Below, one piece after another: positions 35,827 to 46,500 of a DNA stretch of 64,000 nucleotides. This DNA comes from Minisyncoccota bacterium. GTDB lineage: Bacteria > Patescibacteriota > Minisyncoccia > Phycocordibacterales > UBA9973. Within the stretch, counting starts at the first letter, position 1. Every line of letters begins with the position of its first letter. The notes under the pieces were generated by a model. It made no database searches. It had not been told where the DNA came from and saw nothing but the letters and a program-made list of their open reading frames with translations. The stretch spans positions 14,600 through 78,599 of the forward strand of contig JBAYVZ010000002.1 in assembly GCA_041674285.1 (NCBI GenBank). Direction: 5' to 3'. The position numbers and the translations under genes are program-made.

Positions 35827-37107
35827 TTAAAATGACAATATTTTTTTATAGGACTCAGAATCTTTATCTGGGCCGATCATAGCTAGGGTCAGATTTTTGT
35901 CTACAAAAATCTTTTGGGCCATTTTCTTTATATCTGCAGATGTAACCTTTTCAATCAATTTGATTCTCTCTTCTACTGTCTTCATATCCCCCTTCATCAG
36001 CTCTTGTGTGCCATAGTAGCTAGCGATATCATCTGTAGCTTCTAGTGCCATCTTCATATTGCCAGAGAGAAATGACTTTACTTTTTTCAATTCTAAATCA
36101 CTGACTAATTCAGTTTTTAACTTTGCGCATTCTTTTAAAATTTCTACTATCACTTCTTTTGTACGAGCATTGTTTACACCTGCAGATATTTGGAATACTC
36201 CATGATCGGAAGATGTACTATTATAACTACGCACATAATACGCCACGCCCATCTCCTCGCGAAGCTTTATAAATAGTCGTGAGCTCATACCCGCACCGAG
36301 TACACCAGACAGTACAGATAGTATCGGATTACGTGGATCAAACATGTCAAAGGTACGTACACCTAATACAAAGTGAGTCTGATCTGTGGTCTTGTGTTTT
36401 AGTAGCACTTTTGGTTCACTCTGTTTAACAACAGTCTTCTTTTTTTTACCTTTTGCTGATGCAGAGATGTCACCAAAATATTTCTTAACCTCTTCATTAA
36501 CTTCTTTTTCAGTCACATTACCAGATACAACTATCACAGTGCTACCTGATACGTAGTGTGCATTTTTGTATTTTACAAAATCACCCCTTGTCATCTTTTT
36601 AATATTTTCTTTTGGACCGGCGATATTCCACCCGGCAGGTTGATCCCCGTAGAGTGCCTCAGCAAACATATCCTGCACATGACTCTGAGGCATGTCCTCG
36701 TACATATTTATCTCCTCGATGATCACACCCTTTTCTTTTTCCATCTCACTCTCAGGGAAAGTAGAGTTCAGATAGATATCAGAAACCACATCGAAAATCT
36801 GTTTGAATTTTTTACTATCGGCCTTGGCGTAGTACCCTGTCATCTCGTGATCAGTAAAGGCATTATATTGTGATCCGAGTGCATCGAGCTCGTGGGATAT
36901 AGATTGTGCCGTAGGTCGCTTTATAGTCCCCTTGAAGCACATATGCTCCAAAAAGTGAGAGATACCATTGATATCCCTAGTCTCATAGTCAGATCCAGTA
37001 CCTACCAGTACTAGCACTGTAACAGTGGGATTATCCTTCATAGGGACAGTAACCACCCGCAATCCATTCTTTAAAATTTTCTTTTTTGGTTTTAACATAT
37101 AGTCCAA
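35827..37107 (-). CDS. M16 family zinc peptidase (insulinase-like)
   Basis: 426 aa; inverted zinc motif HxxEH (SHFLEHM) and two M16 domains. Confidence 0.8.
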   Translation of the reverse strand: MDYMLKPKKKILKNGLRVVTVPMKDNPTVTVLVLVGTGSDYETRDINGISHFLEHMCFKGTIKRPTAQSISHELDALGSQYNAFTDHEMTGYYAKADSKKFKQIFDVVSDIYLNSTFPESEMEKEKGVIIEEINMYEDMPQSHVQDMFAEALYGDQPAGWNIAGPKENIKKMTRGDFVKYKNAHYVSGSTVIVVSGNVTEKEVNEEVKKYFGDISASAKGKKKKTVVKQSEPKVLLKHKTTDQTHFVLGVRTFDMFDPRNPILSVLSGVLGAGMSSRLFIKLREEMGVAYYVRSYNSTSSDHGVFQISAGVNNARTKEVIVEILKECAKLKTELVSDLELKKVKSFLSGNMKMALEATDDIASYYGTQELMKGDMKTVEERIKLIEKVTSADIKKMAQKIFVDKNLTLAMIGPDKDSESYKKILSF

Positions 37108-37147
37108 TATATCATAAAAATACTCATTTTTAAGGTTTTTCTATTTA

Positions 37148-37176
37148 TTGACAAAATACCTCAAAAGGTGTATAAT
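37148..37176 (+). promoter_or_regulatory. consensus sigma70 promoter (TTGACA-17-TATAAT, TG-extended)
   Basis: perfect hexamers at 37148..37153 and 37171..37176; about 20 nt leader to the ATG at 37203. Confidence 0.6.
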
Positions 37177-37202
37177 ATACAAAAAATTAAACCCAATTAA
37201 CA

Positions 37203-37871
37203 ATGAAAAATTTATTCAAACTTATGTTGCTATGGGCAACTAGAATTGCTATTTTGACTTTTGTACTATTTACTATTATTGAGATTACTGTGAACAATCT
37301 ACCAGGCAGGTTCATTAATCTTAAAGATTTACTTGATAACTTTTCCCTTGAACTAAGATGGGACCGGATATTATATTCTGTTATCATTTCCGTAGTTTCT
37401 TATATGCTAGTATTAATTTACTCTAAAATAGACTACAAAAACCTACCCGAAAGATTCCATTTTTTATCATTAACTGAAAAAAATTGGAAACAAGAGAAAA
37501 GTAGCTTGAGAGTTGAAGTAATATTTGGTTTGATATGGGGACTTGTTTATGTTGTAATAAAAGACGTAAAGGGCATCCAAATAACGACTGAAATTTCTAT
37601 GACAAAAGATTTTTTTTATTGGATTGCAATAGCTCTTGTAGCTATATATTCTTTATTTGAAAGATCGACGCTAAGGTCCTTAATTTTTGCATTATCTTTT
37701 ATTCTTACAATTACCATTGGGGTAAATTTTCTAAAGGATATGAACGATACTATTACTTTTAGAGATCCACTATTTAATTATATCCTTACTTTAATTATTA
37801 TTGTTATTTTTAGAATAATTAGAATATGTGTGAATTTTATATTTAAGACACACGATTTTGAGAAAGATTAG
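37203..37871 (+). CDS. hypothetical polytopic membrane protein
   Basis: 222 aa; about 6 predicted TM helices; no family recognised. Confidence 0.45.
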   Translation: MKNLFKLMLLWATRIAILTFVLFTIIEITVNNLPGRFINLKDLLDNFSLELRWDRILYSVIISVVSYMLVLIYSKIDYKNLPERFHFLSLTEKNWKQEKSSLRVEVIFGLIWGLVYVVIKDVKGIQITTEISMTKDFFYWIAIALVAIYSLFERSTLRSLIFALSFILTITIGVNFLKDMNDTITFRDPLFNYILTLIIIVIFRIIRICVNFIFKTHDFEKD

Positions 37872-37889
37872 GTAGAGATATAACACCAA

Positions 37890-37925
37890 AATAAAAAGTC
37901 CGGAGCACATTGTGCCCCGGACTTT
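37890..37925. terminator. bidirectional terminator
   Basis: gtccggag-cacattgtg-ccccggac followed by a T-run. Confidence 0.7.
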
Positions 37926-37927
37926 TT

Positions 37928-39225
37928 TTATCCCAATTTTTCTTTTATATAATCCACGAGTTCTATGATCGCAATACGTTCCTGAGTGCCAGTATCACGA
38001 TCTCGGATAGTCACTGTATCATCAGTCAGAGTATCAAAGTCGATGACTATACACCATGGTGTACCTATCTCGTCTTGTCTTCTGTATCTCTTTCCAATAT
38101 TTCCATTGTCATCCCACATCACACGGCCGAATTCATTCTTGAGCGTGCCGTATACCATACGAGCTTTTTCGATGAGTTCTGGCTTGTTCTTCAATAGTGG
38201 TGACACAGCGCAGACAACCGGTGCTATATGCGGAGCAAATTTTAGATAGCTACGCACCTCCCCATCCTTGTCATCTTCCATATATGCAGATGTCAGCAGT
38301 GCGAGTACGGTACGATCTACACCAAAAGATGGCTCAATAACATGAGGGATAAATTTTTGAGCAGTCTCCTCATCTTGATATGAAAGATTATGAATTTTTA
38401 AATCAAAATCTGTTCTATATGCAAGACCATATAGTTCCTTTCTCCCAAAAGGAAAATCAAACTCAAAATCCACAGTACGTGAAGAGTAGTGAGCAAGGTC
38501 CCCCTCTGCTACTTCTAGCTCGTGAACCTTTGTCATATCGATGCCGATACTATCCATCCACTCTATCATCTCCTCTTTAAAGAAAGTAAAATACTTTTCC
38601 CAATCATCAGGTCGGACAAAATACTCTATCTCCATCTGCTCTATCTCGCGCACACGAAATATAAAATCGCGAGGGGTGATCTCATTGCGGAAAGCTTTAC
38701 CGATCTGACCGATACCAAATGGTAGCTTTGGATGGAATGAGTCTACAATATTTTTGAAGTTTACAAATATACCCTGTGCGGTCTCTGGACGTAGATATAC
38801 AGTCGCTGCACTATCCTCTACTGCACCAATCTTTGTAGAGAACATCATATTAAAATTACGAGCTTCACCTGTCGGAGCACCACAATCATCACACTTGCCT
38901 GATACAGCTAGATTATCTTCACGGAATCTTTTTTTACATTTTGTACATTCTACAAGTGGATCAGTAAAAGTATCCACATGGCCAGAGGCCATCCATACAC
39001 CTGGATGCATCAATATAGCAGCATCCACTTCATACATATCATTGCGAGACGAGACAAATTTCTTTCTCCATCCATCCTTGATATTATTCTTCAACATGAC
39101 ACCTAGTGGACCATAGTCAAATGTACCCGCTAGACCTCCATATACCTCAGAGCCTGATATACAAAGCCTCTTCGTTTGCAGAGAGAGATTATCTTCTCCA
39201 TTAGTTTATCATCGTTTTTATCCAT
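37928..39225 (-). CDS. glyS: glycyl-tRNA synthetase (class II, GlyQS type) with apparent 1-nt frameshift near codon 24
   Basis: N-terminal 32-codon ORF (39130..39225, MDKNDDKLMEKIISLCKRRGFVYQ...) and main ORF 37928..39097 both match GlyRS (RRGFV / SGSEVYGGLAGTFDYGPLG); restoring one C near 39155 joins them. Confidence 0.75.
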
Positions 39226-39342
39226 CCCGTACGAAATAGGAAATGTTTACATTTCCGTATTTAATTATAGTTATCATTAATAATACCGACTAAGTCTATT
39301 ATTAGAAATCCGTAGAAACATGACATACACATTTCGTACGGG
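39226..39342 (-). mobile_element. MITE-like element, copy 5 (117 bp) at the glyS start codon
   Basis: TIR cccgtacgaaat/atttcgtacggg (third variant); atccat duplicated; hairpin ggaaatg-ttta-catttcc. Confidence 0.6.
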
Positions 39343-39351
39343 ATCCATATA

Positions 39352-41238
39352 CTACTTTATAACACGTTCATCGCCGGATTTAAAGACCGGATCATTTTTA
39401 AGATTTGTATTCAGTGGCCCCCTACTACTACGTACAGTTGCACCCGCAAAAGTATCCTGCCCCACTAAAACCACACTCTTTATTATCTCTGGTATTGTAC
39501 CTACCTGAGATAGAGATGGGACAAAAGATACTACGAAGTCCGCCTCGCGATTATTGGAGCCAGATCCAGTATTTGGGCTGACGCTACCGATCTTCCAGAT
39601 GACTTCACGAGATACATCATTGTAAGATATATTCTCAGTATTCCCAGACACACGACCTACATATTTTACATATAGAGGTAGAGTCGCTCGAGCCTCTGCT
39701 CCAGATATTGAATTGGTGGAATTTGATAATACCCAACTTATTTTATACCTAGTCTCAGTCTCTGCTTTTGGAGGTAGCGACCCTGAAACATAGCTCATAC
39801 TAGCGGCTAACTGCATATCAGACATTATCTTGATTATCTTTTTTGAAAAATTATTCACAGCCACAAAACCATTCCCGGAATCTGACTGCATTCCTTTTAT
39901 ACTAACCTCGACTACTATCTGAGGACTGCTTATTTTTGAATCTGCTCCTACTAATGACACGGGGATAAAATCAAAATTCAACCGACCTTGCTCTCCTGGT
40001 GCTACATAAGACAAATCGGGCATAGTATTTTTATTCCAAATAATCTGACTAGAAGTAGAATCATAGAATCCAGATGGAGCAGATACAGCACTCTTATCCA
40101 AAACATTTCCAGATATTTTTGCACTAATCTGTACGTCCGAGATAGAAGCAGGTAGATTGTTTGACCATATAATATCAGCACTCACTCTCTGCCCTCCAGA
40201 TACACTCGGTATATCCACATCATTGCCACCAATCACCACTCTAGCATCTAGGAATGGTCGTACTATGCTGATAGTCTGCAAGAATGAATTGTATACTACA
40301 TCCACAGATGACTTACCTGCCTTTTTTGTCCCGACATACACGTGAAAAGCTTGCTCGTCTCCATCCTGACCCACCATATGACCAGTCACAGATAATTTAA
40401 ATGGAGTAGTTTTTGTTAGATCTTTTAGGCTCCACATTGTGTTGCCATTTGTAGGTGATGGACTAGCACTATCAAACACAAATCCCTGAGGGTAGCTAAC
40501 TTCTAGTACAGTTTCCTCTTCTGGTAGATTTGTATTTAAGGTAGCATTTATATTAAAAGTAAAAGGCTGATTTGCACTGGTCTGTGTAGGTGAGTCTACA
40601 ATCAGAGATATAGGAGAAGAATTAATAGTCACAGGATATATAGACTCTTTTGTGAATATTGCATTGGATCCAGCTGGATGGTATTCCAATTTTATTTTTA
40701 CATTGCGAACTAGACCCTGATCTCCATAGAGAGTCACTTTGAATAATCTTTCTGCGCGGGCCCCCGCAGGTATAGTACCTATAGACTCGCGAGCGAGGCG
40801 CACCACCTCGGTAGGATTGTCACTAGCACCTCTGGGATACTCGATCACCAGATTGGCAAGTTCTAGATCTGCTTTGTTTCTATTTACGATCTCCACTTGT
40901 AGAGGCAACTCACTGCCCCCTTCTGTAAAGGCATTGCCTAGGACTGTGATATCTATATTGTCATTGGATACAGAGCTAGCTCCACGGAAAAACATATAAG
41001 CAGCGAATCCAATAGCAAATACAAAAAATATAAGAGTGGCGATAAAAAACTTTTTAAAAAATGTTGTTGGTTTTGTTTTTGTCATTTCTAATTCTTTTTC
41101 TTTGTTCCAATTCGTATTTGCTTCGTGATGCACGGGGTGGAGCACTCCCTGTCGATCGTGCGAAGATAGAGTAGAGGACCTGTCGTATAACCTCCTTTTT
41201 ACATCTTCTATTTTACTTATATTTTCATTTTCTTTCAT
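39352..41238 (-). CDS. hypothetical membrane-anchored protein with large extracytoplasmic beta-rich domain
   Basis: 628 aa; cytoplasmic N-terminus, single TM helix (FFKKFFIATLIFFVFAIGFAAYMFF), then about 520 aa Ser/Thr/Asn-rich domain. Confidence 0.5.
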   Translation of the reverse strand: MKENENISKIEDVKRRLYDRSSTLSSHDRQGVLHPVHHEANTNWNKEKELEMTKTKPTTFFKKFFIATLIFFVFAIGFAAYMFFRGASSVSNDNIDITVLGNAFTEGGSELPLQVEIVNRNKADLELANLVIEYPRGASDNPTEVVRLARESIGTIPAGARAERLFKVTLYGDQGLVRNVKIKLEYHPAGSNAIFTKESIYPVTINSSPISLIVDSPTQTSANQPFTFNINATLNTNLPEEETVLEVSYPQGFVFDSASPSPTNGNTMWSLKDLTKTTPFKLSVTGHMVGQDGDEQAFHVYVGTKKAGKSSVDVVYNSFLQTISIVRPFLDARVVIGGNDVDIPSVSGGQRVSADIIWSNNLPASISDVQISAKISGNVLDKSAVSAPSGFYDSTSSQIIWNKNTMPDLSYVAPGEQGRLNFDFIPVSLVGADSKISSPQIVVEVSIKGMQSDSGNGFVAVNNFSKKIIKIMSDMQLAASMSYVSGSLPPKAETETRYKISWVLSNSTNSISGAEARATLPLYVKYVGRVSGNTENISYNDVSREVIWKIGSVSPNTGSGSNNREADFVVSFVPSLSQVGTIPEIIKSVVLVGQDTFAGATVRSSRGPLNTNLKNDPVFKSGDERVIK

Positions 41239-41256
41239 AAAAAAATTATAACATTT

Positions 41257-41847
41257 TTATAGTCCACTTTCACGCAATGCACGATTGATATGTGATATTA
41301 TGGATTTCTTTTCAGATAGCAATTTATGTATCTTGTCTTTATCAAATATGCCACCGATATAATCATGCATATCATCGCTATCACCGACATAACCCAGAGA
41401 GTGCACTATAGATAGTACGGTGTGAAGCTCCAATGCAGACAATGACTCATGATTAAAATTCTCATCATCCAATAATAAGAATGATTGGATAATCAAATCA
41501 AAAACTTCATCATTCCCCTCCTCGCCACGACACAGGCGATCGATCAGTGCAGATACCCTAGACATGAAGACAATAGATTCTTTTTTACTACGAGCCAAAG
41601 GGAAGGATGATATGGTTGTAGCCGAAGTCACTCGCCAGATATCTCGGCCTTTTACTAGATCAATCTTGGCATAGGACATATCTTGCAGTGTATATCGGAG
41701 CTTGGATTTTGCGAGCCTAATACCACCGGCCATAGCACGGACTAGGCCTAGCTCTCTAGTATATATAGATAGCATCTTATTAGCCTCACCGCTTGCGCGT
41801 GAAGATATGATGAACCCATGTGTGTGATAGATATGATGCTGAGCCAT
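41257..41847 (-). CDS. recO: DNA repair protein RecO
   Basis: 196 aa; N-terminal OB-fold pattern GxIIxxRxxGExNKxLxIYTRExGLVRAxAxGIRxxKSK typical of RecO. Confidence 0.6.
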   Translation of the reverse strand: MAQHHIYHTHGFIISSRASGEANKMLSIYTRELGLVRAMAGGIRLAKSKLRYTLQDMSYAKIDLVKGRDIWRVTSATTISSFPLARSKKESIVFMSRVSALIDRLCRGEEGNDEVFDLIIQSFLLLDDENFNHESLSALELHTVLSIVHSLGYVGDSDDMHDYIGGIFDKDKIHKLLSEKKSIISHINRALRESGL

Positions 41848-41849
41848 AT

Positions 41850-42278
41850 TTATTTATTTAAATTATCTAAATATTTTCTCACTTCTTTCATAATCACCTT
41901 TTGATCATCAAATGTAAAAGTCTCCATAGCTTCATCGTATGTCACCCATTTAAAGTCTACTATTTCGCCTTCTTGGATTTTCACATCGACTTGTAGTGCA
42001 TAAGCGATAAAATATTCATTCACCTTGTGGCGAATATCTCCACTATGATTGAAATCATATTCTTCTATGAGGGTAGGTAGTTCAGCAAATTTAAATTCTG
42101 TAATACCTGTCTCCTCCTGCAGTTCTCGGATAGCAGCAGTTTTAGAATCTTCCCCCTCTTCGAGATGCCCTTTTGGAAAACTCCAATTGCCAGACAATTG
42201 TTTTATTAATAGAAATTTATCTTCCTCGCCATCCTTGCGTAGTACGAGGATAAATCCCGCAGAGTGCTCTGTAATCAT
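41850..42278 (-). CDS. NUDIX hydrolase
   Basis: NUDIX box GHLEEGEDSKTAAIRELQEETGI. Confidence 0.8.
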   Translation of the reverse strand: MITEHSAGFILVLRKDGEEDKFLLIKQLSGNWSFPKGHLEEGEDSKTAAIRELQEETGITEFKFAELPTLIEEYDFNHSGDIRHKVNEYFIAYALQVDVKIQEGEIVDFKWVTYDEAMETFTFDDQKVIMKEVRKYLDNLNK

Positions 42279-42316
42279 ATATCCAGTTTACCACACAAGA
42301 CATCTTTATTAAAAAA

Positions 42317-42350
42317 GGTAAATATTGATGCGATAGCATCAATATTTACC
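42317..42350. terminator. hairpin terminator, paralog A (14 bp stem)
   Basis: ggtaaatattgatgc-gata-gcatcaatatttacc with flanking A6/T4; the 3' arm contains the stop codon of the 42346 gene. Confidence 0.65.
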
Positions 42351-42843
42351 TTTTGTATTTACTATGTAAACTATAATCTTTAGCTAATTTAAAAGTTTTC
42401 ACCCCATCTTCAATTCCTATTTTCTTAACATAATCAACAAACTCTTTTGGTAATGGTGACGGGCCCACCCAGACACTCTTTTGAACCATAATATAATCAA
42501 ATGATCTTAATTGTTTTCTTAGCCAATTACGCTCCGAATTCTTACTAGAAGGCACATCGAACATTAATAGCAAATTCTTTGGTGCCCCGTCTTTAAATGG
42601 TGATTCAAAATTTTTGAATTCTAGATATTTTTTTATCTTGCACTCCTTTCCCTTCTTTGTTATAAACCAACCATTTTCGTCTTTATCTATTAATCCATTT
42701 TTCTTTAATTGATATGCTGTAGACTTAAGAGAGTTGTAATTTTTACTTGAAAGACGAGGTATACCAAAAATATTTACACGAACTCCTTTGTAATTTAATT
42801 CAGTATTCCATAATTCAGTTAAAATATTTTCAACCAAACTCAT
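42346..42843 (-). CDS. winged-helix + Cas2-like (PaaX_C-like) domain protein, putative transcriptional regulator
   Basis: 165 aa; N-terminal wHTH (STAYQLKKNGLIDKDENGWFITKKG) and C-terminal LLLMFDVP...RNWLRKQLRSFDYIMVQKSVWV resembling the Cas2 core; no cas1 or CRISPR array nearby. Confidence 0.5.
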   Translation of the reverse strand: MSLVENILTELWNTELNYKGVRVNIFGIPRLSSKNYNSLKSTAYQLKKNGLIDKDENGWFITKKGKECKIKKYLEFKNFESPFKDGAPKNLLLMFDVPSSKNSERNWLRKQLRSFDYIMVQKSVWVGPSPLPKEFVDYVKKIGIEDGVKTFKLAKDYSLHSKYKR

Positions 42844-42875
42844 ATAAATAAATTATAACAAAGGTCTATATAAAA

Positions 42876-42909
42876 AGTAAATACTGATGCGATGGCATCA
42901 GTATTTACT
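42876..42909. terminator. hairpin terminator, paralog B (14 bp stem)
   Basis: agtaaatactgatgc-gatg-gcatcagtatttact; homologous to 42317..42350 with a compensatory T/C to A/G change in the stem. Confidence 0.65.
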
Positions 42910-42914
42910 TTTTA

Positions 42915-43535
42915 TTATTTTAATATATTTTCCACTGCTTGAGTCAAGTCATTTGGATTATCAATAATATATGCAGGACACCCCTTCTCAAGATTTTTCC
43001 TATCATGGAAACCCCAAGTAACAGCAATCGATTTTACACCACAGTCAGTTCCTTCTCTTATGTCACCAAGTGTATCAGTTATAAAAACGGCACTATCTGA
43101 TTCTAATGAATACTTATTAAGAATCATTTTTATTTTATAAACTTTATTTATATGAATATCTCTTCCGAGTATTTCAGTAAAATACTCGGAAATATTTTCT
43201 CGATCAATGATTTTTTTAATAAGATCTGTTGGTGTTGATGAAATAATGCAGATATTAAATTTAAACGAAAGCTCTTTAATAATATCTTTTAATTCTTGTG
43301 GAATTTTCAATCCCCTAGTTTTTATTTCATAATGAAAATCAAAATCTGGATGCTTATTAAACTTCCCCTCATTTTTAGATAATGAATCAAAAATATTACC
43401 ATCAAAACAAGTTTTATAAAAATCTAAAGATAAATCTTCATTAAACTCTTGACTAATCTCGTAGCAAGGGATGAGAGTGTCAACTAATACACCATCAAAA
43501 TCAAACATTACTATTTTTTTAATATCATCTTTCAT
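42915..43535 (-). CDS. HAD superfamily hydrolase
   Basis: 206 aa; motif I FDFDGVLVDT, Rossmannoid HAD core. Confidence 0.8.
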   Translation of the reverse strand: MKDDIKKIVMFDFDGVLVDTLIPCYEISQEFNEDLSLDFYKTCFDGNIFDSLSKNEGKFNKHPDFDFHYEIKTRGLKIPQELKDIIKELSFKFNICIISSTPTDLIKKIIDRENISEYFTEILGRDIHINKVYKIKMILNKYSLESDSAVFITDTLGDIREGTDCGVKSIAVTWGFHDRKNLEKGCPAYIIDNPNDLTQAVENILK

Positions 43536-43536
43536 T

Positions 43537-46500
43537 TTATTTTTCTATCTTTACTACGAATATTAGGTCTCCGATTTTTATTTCATCGCCAGATGTATCA
43601 CCCCATACTACCTCTCTCACTCCTGTAGTCTTTTGGAATTCAGGGAGAAATGTATTTACAATATCTTTTTCTATCTCGCCACACTGCACATATAGAGTCA
43701 CCACATCAGCAGGCATAAGCCCTGTCTTTTTTCGTAGGTCTTGTGCTGCACGGACAAACTCGCGATACTGACCCTCTTTTTTAAGTTCTGGTGTTATCTC
43801 GAAATCCATTACTACATCAGACAAAGACTTATCGCAGACTATTTCTTTTACATTCAATTCATCTTTAATAATCTCTATATACAAAGATGTGAATTCCATT
43901 GGTATACTAAATTTTCCAAGAGGCTGACGCACAGGGACACCAGCTTTTTGACGAGACTGCAGTCCTAGTGTGACTACATCACGAACTTGCTGCATCATAC
44001 CTACAACATCAGAATTTTCATAAGAGAATGCTGACCAATCACAAAGATGTACAGATTCTGCATCGTTTTCATTCTTTAATTTTTGCCATACACTCTCTGA
44101 TATAAATGGTGCGAATGGCGCCAATACAGAAACTGTAGTTTTCAATACAGAGTATAGAGTCTTCTTTGCATTTATATCACCATCTTTTAGGCGATCACGA
44201 GAGCGTCGTAGATACCAAGTAGAAAGATCTTCTATGAACAATTCAAAAGGTCTCGTAGCTCCGGCCATATCGTATGCATCCATAGATACAGTCACCTCCG
44301 ACACGAGGGAGCTTAATCGAGCTAGGATCCATTGATCCAGTACATTTGTATTTTTTTCTAAATCAAGTTCACCATTTTCAATAGATACATCTCTGTAGAG
44401 CTCATAGAATGTAGCTACGTTTTCTAGGCGAGATACGATCTTGCTTGCGATATCCTGGACCCCCTTCTCAGAGAAGTTCACATCTTCACCCTTCATCAGA
44501 GTAGAAGACATCAGATAGAATCGTAATGCATCCACTCCGTATTTATCAAATAGTATCCATGGATCTGGATAATTGTTTTTTGATTTACTCATCTTGCTAC
44601 CGTCCTCGGCTAGTACTGTACCCGTAGTGACGACGTTCTTGAATGGTGCCTCTCCAAATAGCATAGTAGATATAGCATGAGTATAGTAGAACCATGTTCT
44701 CGTCTGAGCTATATATTCAGCAACAAATCCTCCGGGGAAATTATTTTGTTTCCATTCTGGATTCTCGAATGGATAGTGATCCTGAGCAAACGGCATAGAG
44801 CCGGATTCAAACCAGCAGTCTATAACCTCGGGGATTCTCTTGTACTCCCGACCCTCCCCATCTACCAATACTATGTGGTCTATGTATGGACGGTGTAAGT
44901 CTAGATCATAATTTGCATTGTGTGGAAGTGGAGAAAAATCCAATTCAAAATACTCAGCATTGCCTAAGTAGTGAAAGTCTTTTCTATCACGAATCATAGA
45001 CAGTGCTTCATCTGCATTGTACCCACGAGAACCCGCAGATAGTAGCCATGATGGTCCACCATGAGTGACAATCACAATATTTTTATTTTTATATTTTGAT
45101 TCTATCTCATAGATAAAATCCATAACACGATTCTTTAAAGATTGATATGATTCACCTCCAGTATAGGCAAAAGAGAAATTCTCTACAGTCTTTGGTAGTT
45201 TATCGTGATATTCCTTCCAAGTTTTAAAATCTTTATTCCCAATCATAAACTCACCCAATCTCTCATCAACCAAAATAGATTCAGAATCAACTGAGATATT
45301 TTCAGCGAGCACAGAGGCAGTCTCTCTCGCCCTCATGAATGGTGAAGCAAAAATAATATCAATTTTTTTATCTTTAAAATCTTGTGCTGATTTTTTTACT
45401 TGATCAGTTCCATTTTCAGTTAGATGATTTATTTCATTTACATCATCCGAGATCATCCCCCCGATATTGTGAGATGCTTCCCCATGACGCATTACAAAGT
45501 ATTTGTTGCCAGATTTTTTAACTTTTGATTTTAGATCATCAACAGAGCTAGTAAACATCATTTGCCCACTCTCTGATTTCCAGATAGGCAAAGGACTGGC
45601 CCAATATCTATTGCGAGAGATAGTCCAATCCGGTGCATTTTCCATCGTATGATGGAATCTTCCATCTTTTAAGTGTGCTGGGACCCAGTTCATTGATTCA
45701 GCTTTTTCCAGGAGATCCGCTTTTACTTTTTGAATATTTACAAACCATGAAGGTAGTGCGTAGTACAGTAGTGGTGTATCACATCGGTAGCAGTGTGGGT
45801 ATGAGTGCTTTATCTTTTCTTTATCAAAATACGCCCCACTCTCTTGCAAATATTTTATAATATTAATATCAGCTTGAAATCTTATTTTTTCATCTTCACT
45901 TTTTGGTTTTACATATTGACCAGCAAAATCAGTCACTTCTACAGAAAATACTCCGTTTGGTTCTACGTGACGGATAAATGGAATATTGTTTTCTTTGGCT
46001 AGATTCATATCGTCCTCACCAAAAGCCGGAGCTTCGTGAGCGATACCAGTACCTGCATCTGCTGTTATAAAATCCGCATGCCAAACTTTCCAAATATTTT
46101 CTTTATTTGGCATATCTGTATTTTTATAATAATCAAAAACCGGTTCGTATGATAATCCCACTAATTCATTACCAGAAACTTCTTTTATGATTTCTGGATT
46201 TACAAATTTTGTCTTTAGATTTTCAAAAAGATCTTTTGCGATTATGAATGTCTCATCTTTATCTGGAACATTGTTTTTTACATATACATACTGCAAATCT
46301 TTATTTATAGCAATCGCAGTGTTGCCCGGTAGCGTCCATGGAGTAGTAGTCCAAGCTAACAAATAAGTATTTTCAACATCTACTAATTTGAATTTTACAT
46401 ATACAGAAATATCAGTTATATCTTTGTAGCTGTTGTCCATGGCAATCTCAGAGTTTGCAATCGGAGTCTCACATCGTGGACAGTATGCGAGTACTCGCAC

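Noticed and set aside
42346-42843. Cas2-like protein as evidence of a CRISPR-Cas locus
   Set aside because: No cas1, no other cas genes and no repeat array anywhere in the window; the fused wHTH points to a PaaX-like regulator.
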